A DNA stretch of 35,867 bases from Candidatus Thorarchaeota archaeon (GCA_048882385.1 JBHLRQ010000010.1:15950-51816), one strand, 5' to 3'; numbered from the stretch's first letter, positions 1-8,721 are shown. Notes: generated by a model from the letters alone, not told the origin. Numbers and translations: made by a program.

Positions 1-699
1 TTCAAGTTTCGATTTAGACTGCTTATTGAACCAAATTCTCCAATAAGTGCAAATATCTGCTTCGGGTTGGTTGAATATTTCTTTAAGGTCTTTGAAATCA
101 TTTGGCATTATCCTCAAAACTTCTTGGATAGTAAACCTAACCATTTCAGGTTTCGAATAGACCATCTGCCAAACTTCTTCTGAGGACGGATGAACCCGTT
201 TGAGTGTGTCTTCAAGTTCTTCTGCAACCAGACCAGGATCAAACACAGCACCAGGAGAGGAACCTGAATAGCCCCATGTCTCTCTTCTTCTTGAAGAAAT
301 ACAATAGATGAGAACATCAGGATTGGCTTGTTCAGTGTTGTTTCCTGCGTGAACTAAGACATTAATTCCAGATTCAGGGCAATTGAAAGAGCATATTGTC
401 ATATTACCTGAATTGGGTTTGTTTCCTCTAATCATCTTAGCTTTTAAACCATCATGAAGAATATCTACTGGATCCTCTAGGAACCATCCATCCGACTCCA
501 ATTCATTCTTGAGAATTGTCAGTGCAATTATGATTGCAGAGGCGTTATTATTCCACCATACTCTTTGTGTAACTATTGATCTATTGTATGCGATACGTGT
601 AGAAACCTTGATGTATCCACTATTACTATCAACTTTCTCTTCATGAGTTTTCCATTTGAACCTTGAATCTATTTTGATTGGAATAGGTTTCTTCCTCAT
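1..699 (-). CDS. Hypothetical protein, 3'-truncated by the window edge (at least 233 aa)
   Basis: Not in the ORF track because it has no stop in the window. Manual translation from ATG at 699 (GAGGA upstream, in-frame TGA at 709-711) is open to base 1: MRKKPIPIKIDSRFKWKTHEEK...YWRIWFNKQSKSKLE. No recognisable motif. Confidence 0.8.
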   Translation of the reverse strand, partial: MRKKPIPIKIDSRFKWKTHEEKVDSNSGYIKVSTRIAYNRSIVTQRVWWNNNASAIIIALTILKNELESDGWFLEDPVDILHDGLKAKMIRGNKPNSGNMTICSFNCPESGINVLVHAGNNTEQANPDVLIYCISSRRRETWGYSGSSPGAVFDPGLVAEELEDTLKRVHPSSEEVWQMVYSKPEMVRFTIQEVLRIMPNDFKDLKEIFNQPEADICTYWRIWFNKQSKSKLE

Positions 700-856
700 G
701 TCAGGTCCTCATCAAATGATGGCGTGCCCAATACCATACTCGAAAGAGTGAAGAAAAAACTATTGACTGGATTTCAGAAATTGTCGACAGTATGAAGAAG
801 AACGAGAGTTCAGAACCTCCCAAGGACCCACTACCTGCCTTTGATGAATCATGGAT

Positions 857-1699
857 CTAGGGAATTTCCACATCCTTTGCTCTCACGGAAAACCATCGAA
901 TTAGGATGATAATTATAGCCAATTCAATGAAGATACCTGCGCTTAATAGAGAATCCATTATGGGTTGAACAGTTGTGTATCCTGTTGTGGATTCAGTTGT
1001 TGTGGAAGTAGAACTTGTCAAAGGAGATTGGAATTCATCAAAGTTGCTATCAGTAATAGAGATTTCAAACTCATCTATGACTACACTATCATTGAGTCGT
1101 TCAGTAGTGCTGTATAGTCCAAGTAGGAGTCCAATTTCCGCGTGATAGAAAACAGTAGTCTTGTAAAATCCAAGCATCCCTGTGTGTTCATTCTCTAATT
1201 GAAAACATTCGTATGGCAATCCATTCCACTCTTGGATAGTCATGTCTTCAATTGTGTAGTCCTTCGATACATCAACAACATCATTGATAGTCCACGCAGA
1301 TGTATCTGCAAATACCAAGGGATTGCCAGGAAAATCTCGATTGATGTTAATTCCGTACAATGGACGACCAGTATATGTCCACGTTCCGTACCACGATTTG
1401 TTGAACCATACAAATTGATTCCAACCCACGCTGATGAATTCAAAGGTTGTAGTTAATACAATAGGATCTTCAGATGGCACCAAGCTCTCAGATCTAATGA
1501 GGTATGAAACATGTAATCCAGAAGGGAATTCAGTGTATGATTGACCTTCGACCACTGCTGTTGCATGATTCAAGAGAAGAAGACTAGAAATGATTAATAT
1601 CATGCTCAACCTTGACCAGTTTAGATTCAGTTTCTTACAACTCCTCCTGTTCGGATTATATTGTGAAAGGAGATAAATTCTAGTCCTAAATGAGAGCAC
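857..1699 (-). CDS. Secreted, C-terminally membrane-anchored surface protein
   Basis: Hydrophobic signal-like stretch MILIISSLLLLNHATA (true start may be ATG at 1603), Ser/Thr-rich linker TSSTSTTTESTTG, then a TM helix followed by basic residues. Confidence 0.75.
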   Translation of the reverse strand: MLSFRTRIYLLSQYNPNRRSCKKLNLNWSRLSMILIISSLLLLNHATAVVEGQSYTEFPSGLHVSYLIRSESLVPSEDPIVLTTTFEFISVGWNQFVWFNKSWYGTWTYTGRPLYGININRDFPGNPLVFADTSAWTINDVVDVSKDYTIEDMTIQEWNGLPYECFQLENEHTGMLGFYKTTVFYHAEIGLLLGLYSTTERLNDSVVIDEFEISITDSNFDEFQSPLTSSTSTTTESTTGYTTVQPIMDSLLSAGIFIELAIIIILIRWFSVRAKDVEIP

Positions 1700-1794
1700 A
1701 TGTCAGTTTTGAAAATTGCACCATCAAGCATGATTTCTGTACTAAAATCAAAGAGTTCTTAACCATCGTTCATCAAATATTATAGCTGATTGAT

Positions 1795-2175
1795 ATGACA
1801 ACAGTTGGCTATTTTGATGGAACAGATCCAATACTACTTACTAAACTCGCAGTAAATGGAGTCTGCACAGTTCCACTGGGTAACGGATGGGATGGTCATG
1901 GGAAGCTCGCCACACTTATTGAACCCGGAGAAGTTGATATAATAATTGTATATTTGCATAAACTTCTTCCACCTAAGGACGAAGAAAAAGGAGTAATTCC
2001 ATCACCTGTTAATCTACTTTACCGCGCGAAAACATACAAAATACCAGTATTTGTAATTGTGCCAAAGGAGTTCCACGAGGCTGCAACAGAGATCTTAGAT
2101 GAAGCGGCGGAATTTGTAAAAATCGTGGCACCTGAAGATCTTGATGAAAAGATTCGTAATAAGATAGGTTTCTGA
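1795..2175 (+). CDS. Small alpha/beta protein of unknown function (weak receiver-domain-like pattern)
   Basis: 126-aa ORF, ATG start, AT-rich promoter-like region upstream; alternating hydrophobic strands (VGYF, DIIIVY, IPVFVIV). Confidence 0.75.
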   Translation: MTTVGYFDGTDPILLTKLAVNGVCTVPLGNGWDGHGKLATLIEPGEVDIIIVYLHKLLPPKDEEKGVIPSPVNLLYRAKTYKIPVFVIVPKEFHEAATEILDEAAEFVKIVAPEDLDEKIRNKIGF

Positions 2176-2311
2176 TAGTTCATGATACATACAGACGTGT
2201 GATATCAGATTACAGCATAGTGAGAAATTCTCTCCAATATATTCAACTCCAACGACTGGAAAACCATTTATTCTGTCAATCCTCAGATGAGGTAAGCAGA
2301 GAGGCTAGTCC

Positions 2312-3604
2312 ATGACAAAGGAAGGGGAATCGCAAGAGAGGAAAAGAAAAACATCAGAGATTGGTATATGGTATTATTGTGTGCTATTCATTGGGCTAGC
2401 GTTCGTAGTTCTGGCTGTTCAGCTATATGGCCATCCTAGTGATGAGCCAATCACACAGACTGAGATTCTTACTGTGGTCTTCGTTTCCCTATTTGGTGTG
2501 ATAATAGCCATGTGTTGTATATCTTTTCCTTGTGAAACAAGAAAAGCGATATTACCACGCAAACCCGCAGAAAGAAGAGATTTGTTTGCGTCTGAAAGAA
2601 CAAAAAGGCTAGATATTGATAATGAAAGGAAACGAGTATTTCAATCTGAGAGGAGGAAGCTAGAGTACGAATATCAAAGAGCTAGTGAAATACCACGAGT
2701 GACTGTTAGGAAATCGCCGCCAGTAAGACCAAAGAAGCCTATACCTGGAGTGACACATGCCATAACAGATGTAAGAAAAGAACCTCCACGGAAAACAGAG
2801 GAGGGTGTGGAGGTCCGAAGGGGTGGTGAATTCATTGGCAATCGAATGAGATTCAAGGTGAAGGTGTTGAATGATTCACCATTCACCATTACAGATGTAA
2901 CCGTGTATCTCCTGTCATATCCAAAAGATGCTCTAAGATTTGCAGGTGAAGACCATGATACATTCTTCGCAAAGATAGAACCAGAAGGTTTTAGGAGTCC
3001 AACATTTGATTTTCTGCCTACGCAAGATTGTGTCAAGGGTGAGATAGTTGCAGGAGTATCCTATATGGACATGCGAGGAAAGCCACACACTCTCACGACA
3101 AAACCCTTTGTCATCAGATCTGTTTGTGATTTACTAATCCCTCAGCAAGTTTCGCCACAAGACTTCCAATTGAAACTAAAGGAATTAGAATGTGGTGAGA
3201 TTGTAATCAAAATACAAGAATGGACACCTGAGGAGATGTTCGAGAAATCACTTAGAATAGTAGATGAGTCAAACTTTTTTGAAGTCAGTAGCGACACTGA
3301 GGAAGCTGACGGTGTGTTCTTCGGAACCATTGTTGGTTTCGCTAAAGGAAAATACACGGGCAAAGATGTGGGTGTTGAGATTACAGTAACAGGGCCAAGC
3401 GGTGTGAAAGGTGCATCTTGCACTATACAAGTATCCGGTGAAGATCAAGCTATGATCCTCCCTGCAATTGATGACCTTCGTGAGCGACTCAGTGCTTGGC
3501 TATGTCCGATGTGCTCAAGTCCTTTGACTCTTGCAAATGTTGAAGAACTAAGGAAAGGCAAAGCTGTAGTATGCCCATTCTGCGGGGTTTCAATAGGTCG
3601 GTAG
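2312..3604 (+). CDS. Membrane protein: 2 N-terminal TM helices, charged linker, coatomer/adaptin appendage-like module (beta-sandwich + platform), C-terminal Zn ribbon
   Basis: Two hydrophobic helices in the first ~75 aa; C-terminal 262 aa colinear with 4650..5765; CPMC...CPFC ribbon. Appendage call rests on by-eye resemblance to the beta-COP C-terminus. Confidence 0.7.
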   Translation: MTKEGESQERKRKTSEIGIWYYCVLFIGLAFVVLAVQLYGHPSDEPITQTEILTVVFVSLFGVIIAMCCISFPCETRKAILPRKPAERRDLFASERTKRLDIDNERKRVFQSERRKLEYEYQRASEIPRVTVRKSPPVRPKKPIPGVTHAITDVRKEPPRKTEEGVEVRRGGEFIGNRMRFKVKVLNDSPFTITDVTVYLLSYPKDALRFAGEDHDTFFAKIEPEGFRSPTFDFLPTQDCVKGEIVAGVSYMDMRGKPHTLTTKPFVIRSVCDLLIPQQVSPQDFQLKLKELECGEIVIKIQEWTPEEMFEKSLRIVDESNFFEVSSDTEEADGVFFGTIVGFAKGKYTGKDVGVEITVTGPSGVKGASCTIQVSGEDQAMILPAIDDLRERLSAWLCPMCSSPLTLANVEELRKGKAVVCPFCGVSIGR

Positions 3605-3664
3605 TAAATCACCATTACTTGTTTTCGAATCATTATTAGGAAGGTTTCATACCTCACTGGCTTA

Positions 3665-4573
3665 ATGCAACTTGATCCATATGCTTTCGGAGTGCTCAGT
3701 GCTCTCGCTGCAACTATATTCTTTGGAGGTACAAATATTGTCTATCTCAAAATGAGCGAGGACATTGGAGTCTTGGACATCATGTTTACCCGAATATGGG
3801 TGAGTTTGCCACTAGCTTACATTTTTGCTGTAGGAGCTGTAGGAAATTTTGATATCGCAATCCCTATGGATGCTATGATACCTCTAGCATTCTCAATGAT
3901 AATCGGAATCATGATTGGGGATGGGATGTACTTTCTTAGTCAGCATCGAATTGGAGTATCAAGAGCCTTTCCTATTGCCATGAGTTATCCGCTTCTTGTT
4001 TATGTCCTCACTGCACTGTTTCTAGAAGAACCAGTGATTCTTCAACGAATTATTGGAGCAATCATTGCTGTAGTTGGTGTCGGCTTAATTGCGCGAGCAG
4101 GAGAAACTGAAAATTTGAATAATGGGGCTAGATGGGAAGAAAGAGACGTTCAAATCGGCTTTGTGTTAGCTATACTCACTGCAATTTGTTGGGCAATCAG
4201 TGATGCAACATTTCAGTTCGGTATGATAACTGTAGGTGCAGCGGAAAGCAATTTCTTCAGGCTACTTGTTGCATCAGCAATTCTTGTTCCAGTTTTCATT
4301 GCATCACTCAAGGGTGGACGGAAATTACCATCAAAACGAATTGCTGGACTAGCGCTTCTGACGGGACTCTTTGGTATCGGATTTAGTCTCATCACATACA
4401 GCTACGCGGTAAAATTCATAGGAGCTACTGTAACAGCTGTTATAGTCGCGGCTGCACCTGTCTTCACCGCTCCAATCTCAGCTTTTTATCTTGGTGAAGT
4501 AGTCAATAGAAAAGTAGGTCTTGGTACCATCCTGACGATTTTAGGAGTAATACTTGTCGTATTCCTATTTTGA
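3665..4573 (+). CDS. EamA/DMT-family transporter
   Basis: 302 aa, about 10 TM helices in two homologous halves; motifs IGVSRAFPIAMSYPL..LFLEE and IGATVTAVIVAAAPVF..YLGE. Confidence 0.9.
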   Translation: MQLDPYAFGVLSALAATIFFGGTNIVYLKMSEDIGVLDIMFTRIWVSLPLAYIFAVGAVGNFDIAIPMDAMIPLAFSMIIGIMIGDGMYFLSQHRIGVSRAFPIAMSYPLLVYVLTALFLEEPVILQRIIGAIIAVVGVGLIARAGETENLNNGARWEERDVQIGFVLAILTAICWAISDATFQFGMITVGAAESNFFRLLVASAILVPVFIASLKGGRKLPSKRIAGLALLTGLFGIGFSLITYSYAVKFIGATVTAVIVAAAPVFTAPISAFYLGEVVNRKVGLGTILTILGVILVVFLF

Positions 4574-4649
4574 TTTCGATGATTTTAAAGCCCTCCCTGC
4601 TATAGGCTACTCAAGTAGAGATGTGTTTGGGCTGGTGGGATAGAAAAGG

Positions 4650-5765
4650 TTGATTCCTGGAGATACATCATCATTCGCCTTGAACATAATACCGATAGTA
4701 ATCATCATCATTACCATCGTATTTGCATTCTACATTTGCGGAGGGGATACAAGATCGGAACCAATTCCAAAAGCACTAAGAGATGAATATGGTATCCATA
4801 TGGAAACAATGGCTACTGGCTCTCGCTCGATGCCATGGATTGTATATCCTACTGAACGAATTGCAACCGCTGATAGACTACGAAAGAAACCCATCTCTGG
4901 TGTTTCAAAAGCAGTAACGGTTGTCAAGAGACCAACTGCACTTTACGGTAGAAAGCAAAAAGAAGTTGTTGAAGCTCGTCGCGGTGGAGAGTTCATTGGA
5001 AATCGAATGCGGTTCAAGGTCAAGGTTCTAAACCAAACCAAGTATACAATCACTGATGTCACTGTATTCCTCATATCTTATCCCACTGAGGCTCTGAAAA
5101 TTGGTAGTGACCATCATTCTGTACGATTTCCAAAGATTGAACCTGAGGGATTTAGGAGTCCAGCTTTTGATTTCTTACCGACACAAGATTGTGTAAAGGG
5201 CGAGATTGTAGCTGGTGTATCGTACATCGATTATTTAGGGAAACCTCATACACTCAACACCAAACCGTTCGTAATCAGGTCTGTCTGTGATTTGCTTATA
5301 CCAGACAAAATAACAGCTGAAGAGTTCGAACTAAAACTGAAAGATCTAGAGTGTGGGGAGCTGCTTGTAAAAGTTGTAGAATGGACACCTGAGGAGATGT
5401 ACGAAAAATCGCTGAGAATTCTTGAAGATGCTAATTTCTATGAGGTGAGTAGTGAGATATCGGAATCAGATAACACAACTTTTGCCAAGATAACTGGTTT
5501 TGCAAAAGGAAAGTATACAGGAAAAGAAATAGGAGTCAAAATCAGTATTTCCGGTTCGACAAAGGAGGCAGGTGCATCTTGCACAATTCAGGTTTCAGGA
5601 GAGGATCAGGCAATGATACTCCCTGCAATCGATGATTTGCGAGAGAGACTTAGTGCGTGGTTATGCCCCAATTGCTCGAGTCCATTGAGTCTTGAAAATG
5701 TTGAAAAATTAAGAGAAGGACATGTCGTTAAATGCTCATTCTGTAGTGTGTCTATAGGGAGATAA
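4650..5765 (+). CDS. Paralogue of 2312..3604: single N-terminal TM helix, appendage-like module, C-terminal Zn ribbon
   Basis: TM helix IIPIVIIIITIVFAFYIC; long identical blocks with the upstream paralogue (RRGGEFIGNRMRFKVKVLN, FDFLPTQDCVKGEIVAGVSY, GASCTIQVSGEDQAMILPAIDDLRERLSAWLCP); CPNC...CSFC. Confidence 0.7.
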   Translation: MIPGDTSSFALNIIPIVIIIITIVFAFYICGGDTRSEPIPKALRDEYGIHMETMATGSRSMPWIVYPTERIATADRLRKKPISGVSKAVTVVKRPTALYGRKQKEVVEARRGGEFIGNRMRFKVKVLNQTKYTITDVTVFLISYPTEALKIGSDHHSVRFPKIEPEGFRSPAFDFLPTQDCVKGEIVAGVSYIDYLGKPHTLNTKPFVIRSVCDLLIPDKITAEEFELKLKDLECGELLVKVVEWTPEEMYEKSLRILEDANFYEVSSEISESDNTTFAKITGFAKGKYTGKEIGVKISISGSTKEAGASCTIQVSGEDQAMILPAIDDLRERLSAWLCPNCSSPLSLENVEKLREGHVVKCSFCSVSIGR

Positions 5766-5975
5766 CACACATTCGTTAGTATTGATTCTAGTAAATCCAA
5801 ATTTAGGAGCTTCTCGTTTACACGATAAACAGAGAGAGAAGAATCGAACTCCTAAGGCTCGTAGTAAATCATTGTATGCGACATTCAGACCAAGGTCTAA
5901 ATGAATCACAAAATGAAAATAATTCATACAAAGGTTAATCTGATTAGATAGTGATAACATCATGAGTGAGGTAAG

Positions 5976-6614
5976 GTGGAGATTCTCGATTTCTTCTTAA
6001 TAGCAATCGGAGCAGTGACACTCTTTGAAGCAGCAACAAGACTTGACATGATACGTGCAGCTAATGAATTCAAGAAATCATTTCTCGGAGCTCAGGAAGT
6101 TGGTAGCTACGAAAATAGCACTTCTTACAAGATTATGATGAAACCGTTAAATCGTGCATCATGGAATCCTGGAATTGGGTCATATTTAAACGATAGACCA
6201 ATTCTCCTATTTTTGGGGGTTATTGTAATTCTGGCAATAGCTGGTGAAGCAATAGGATTAGCCATGGTATATCCGAAGCTTACTATTGTATTTCTAGGTG
6301 GTGTCTTTGCTATTGCATTACACAACGGTCCAGATAAAATAAACATTGAAGAAAATTACCTGCAGCAGATTATTGATGAGGAGATAACCACAATGAATGG
6401 CCATGACCAGAATTATCTCACAGCTGCAATCTCTGAATTTAGAGGTTGGTCGTTCATGCAAGGATTCTTTGGATTTTGCATTTTAGTTGCAGCCTTTCTA
6501 CCACCATGGTTTCTACTAGCTGATTCAATATTGATTGCCGTACTTGGACTACTTTATCTTGGTAGTAAGTACTCAATTCATCGGGGAGTGTTTGGAGAAG
6601 CTCCGAAAATATGA
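5976..6614 (+). CDS. Hypothetical multi-pass membrane protein
   Basis: GTG start after GAGGT; about 5 hydrophobic segments. Confidence 0.75.
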   Translation: MEILDFFLIAIGAVTLFEAATRLDMIRAANEFKKSFLGAQEVGSYENSTSYKIMMKPLNRASWNPGIGSYLNDRPILLFLGVIVILAIAGEAIGLAMVYPKLTIVFLGGVFAIALHNGPDKINIEENYLQQIIDEEITTMNGHDQNYLTAAISEFRGWSFMQGFFGFCILVAAFLPPWFLLADSILIAVLGLLYLGSKYSIHRGVFGEAPKI

Positions 6615-6643
6615 GGTTAGACCTCATATTCCAAGCCTATTGC

Positions 6644-7315
6644 CTATACAAGACCTCTACTATGAGCAGAACCTAGACGTAACTGTGCATAGCGAGCATC
6701 ATCATGAGGCTTAGGGCCTTCAAGTTGACGTTGAAGCTTCTTGTATTCATCTTCGCATGTCGATTCAAGCTGGAATCTAGTGCGGTTGAGCTTGATATGT
6801 TTCCTGTCAACAGACTCTATGAAATGGGGAGGAACAAGAAGATCTATGTCTGGTTGCGCATGAATACGTTCCAGAAGCTCTTCAAAGAATCCACCTCCAA
6901 GAACTAGCCACATCTGACCTTCACTGTCATACCAGATATCAATGATGAATCCGATCTTGAAACCATCCGAATCCTCGACTTTGACATCAGATAAAGCTGA
7001 GAACTTGATATCATTCTCAGTCATAACACCAGGATCTAGAGTTTTCTTGAGAGACTCACATTGTACCTTTAGATGAACTTTGTCCCCAATATTCTCGATA
7101 TCATCAAGTTTCAAAATTGGGTCAATATCAGGTTTGGCCTTAATGGATTCCAAGAATTCTTCAACCATTCCACCCCCAACTACAAAATACTTCAAGTCGA
7201 TCTTGTTGTTAGAGATGTCGAAAATACAGTCCATTATTTCCCCAAATTTCTCTCCCTTCGAATCAATAACATCCTTTCCGCGAATTGTGCCATACTTCAT
7301 GTCATAGCATCTCAT
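6644..7315 (-). CDS. Tandem PRC-barrel domain protein
   Basis: Two copies of the PRC-barrel pattern (GKDVIDSKGEKFGEIMDCIFD; DVKVEDSDGFKIGFIIDIWYD), each followed by GGG..EE.LE.I.A.PDID. Confidence 0.85.
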   Translation of the reverse strand: MRCYDMKYGTIRGKDVIDSKGEKFGEIMDCIFDISNNKIDLKYFVVGGGMVEEFLESIKAKPDIDPILKLDDIENIGDKVHLKVQCESLKKTLDPGVMTENDIKFSALSDVKVEDSDGFKIGFIIDIWYDSEGQMWLVLGGGFFEELLERIHAQPDIDLLVPPHFIESVDRKHIKLNRTRFQLESTCEDEYKKLQRQLEGPKPHDDARYAQLRLGSAHSRGLV

Positions 7316-7410
7316 GTGTTCGAACCTCGTATTAGTTCACTATTGTTAATTATTTAAGTCTATGCCTCAACGTAAGACATCTACATTGCATGAAGTAATT
7401 AAACGTCCTT

Positions 7411-7447
7411 AAAAAGAGAATTGAGAGCCCGTTGGAGGGCTCAAAAA
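7411..7447 (-). terminator. Putative terminator of the gelsolin-like gene
   Basis: Stem GAGCCC (7425-7430)/GGGCTC (7437-7442) flanked by T runs on the minus strand, directly after the stop codon. Confidence 0.55.
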
Positions 7448-7750
7448 CTAATAGACCTCTCTTGGGCTCTCTCTCAAACGATCTGGTAGTTGGCCACCCT
7501 CGCCCAAGACTTCAAGCTCATGGTCCCTACCATAACGACCACCATCATTACACAAGAACCCAGTCTTTGTGATGCCTCTCGCTTGACGTTCGGCAGCACG
7601 TCTTGTAATCATAGTCTTCCCAGAGGGGACAGTCATTATCAACTTCTTCTGTGCTTCATCGATAACAAGCAAGATAGTATCATCACTCGCATTGCGTGTG
7701 GTCTCAAAGAATTGAGAGGTTGACTCATTAAACTCTAGATATACGGGCAT
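7448..7750 (-). CDS. Single-domain gelsolin-like protein
   Basis: 100 aa; SDDTILLVIDEAQKKLIMTVP..(helix)RRAAERQARGI...ELEVLGEG follows the gelsolin-repeat order (S-x-D, two strands, long helix with AA..A, final strand ending in EG). Confidence 0.6.
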   Translation of the reverse strand: MPVYLEFNESTSQFFETTRNASDDTILLVIDEAQKKLIMTVPSGKTMITRRAAERQARGITKTGFLCNDGGRYGRDHELEVLGEGGQLPDRLRESPREVY

Positions 7751-7852
7751 TCGGAATCAAAGCCTCCAACTGGCTAGTTTAGCTAGAATGGTTTCTAGGC
7801 GTTTATTAATGAATCTCGCGCGAGTTCCTACGACCTATTATGAAATCAATTA

Positions 7853-8626
7853 TCATAGAAGGTGCGCAGTTCCGCAATGAGCACAAACAATAGCATCATC
7901 AAACTCACCTGGAAGAGGCAGTGGTGCCCCACAGTTCTGACATTTCAGGTCTCGAATTTCTGACATTTTGTCTTTAGGTATGTTCAATTTGAATACACGT
8001 TCTGCAACATCTTGAATGGACTTTCCAATCTTCTGAGCGGCTCTGGCAACTGAACTACGTTCAGGATCACTGAGAGAGCCCAAGCCAACAGCTTGAAAGA
8101 AACTATCGATTGCCCTCCCAATCTTTCCGAAAACAGATCCAGCTTTCCATGCTATGACATCAGAAACATGTAGTTCCAGTAGATCCCCATCAGGATGATT
8201 TGGAATCTCGTACCCTCGTTTCCAATCAATCCGATCAGGTCTTTTCTGAGAGAGTGTATGTCCACAGTTTGGACAAAACATCTGCCATTCTTTACCAAAG
8301 AAACCCTTGCGAGATTTTCTCTCACCTACATTGTACCAACACCGTTTGTGCGCATAACTTTCACAGTTGGGACATGAGAAGAGATAGTATTTGTCAGGTT
8401 TTGATTTCACTGATTGATTAGTGTGAACCTTAAGATATGCAAAATCATCTGATGAATAATTAAGAAGATATTTGCCGCAGATGAAGCAGGTTCTTCCATC
8501 AAGTTTGTTCATTTTATCCGGGCTGATTCGCAACCTATGAACCTCATTAAATTTGTTTACACGAGACAATAAGAATCTTGCATCTGAGGAATCCGAAATG
8601 CTCATAGCATGGACTTGAACCTTCAT
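7853..8626 (-). CDS. Zn-finger protein: C4HC3 PHD/RING-like finger plus C-terminal Zn ribbon
   Basis: CFIC...CPNC-x4-H-x2-CW...W-x3-CPNC, and a separate CQNC...CAHC at the C-terminus. True start is probably downstream (MNKLDGRTC). Confidence 0.75.
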   Translation of the reverse strand: MKVQVHAMSISDSSDARFLLSRVNKFNEVHRLRISPDKMNKLDGRTCFICGKYLLNYSSDDFAYLKVHTNQSVKSKPDKYYLFSCPNCESYAHKRCWYNVGERKSRKGFFGKEWQMFCPNCGHTLSQKRPDRIDWKRGYEIPNHPDGDLLELHVSDVIAWKAGSVFGKIGRAIDSFFQAVGLGSLSDPERSSVARAAQKIGKSIQDVAERVFKLNIPKDKMSEIRDLKCQNCGAPLPLPGEFDDAIVCAHCGTAHLL

Positions 8627-8721
8627 GAATAAGCCATGAAGTCCTCTGAAAAAGCTGGTGAGAGGACTAAAGATTATGATACTTGGTTATATTAGTAACG
8701 TCGGAATGAATTCAATGGCGG

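Larger units (their letters stand above)
2816..5765 (+). repeat. Diverged direct duplication: 2816-3604 and 4977-5765 (789 nt each)
   Basis: Both copies encode 262 aa from RRGGEFIG to SIGR-stop with no net length difference; many synonymous differences, so not an assembly duplicate. Confidence 0.9.

Noticed and set aside
114-317. 67-aa ORF in the track
   Set aside because: Out-of-frame shadow inside the longer minus-strand CDS 1..699.
2816-5765. Assembly artefact or mobile-element duplication
   Set aside because: Copies differ at many synonymous and non-synonymous sites; no terminal repeats or transposase.
5837-5853. tRNA T-arm-like sequence on the minus strand (AGGAG-TTCGATT-CTTCT)
   Set aside because: No matching acceptor 5' strand, D arm or anticodon arm upstream; no cloverleaf.
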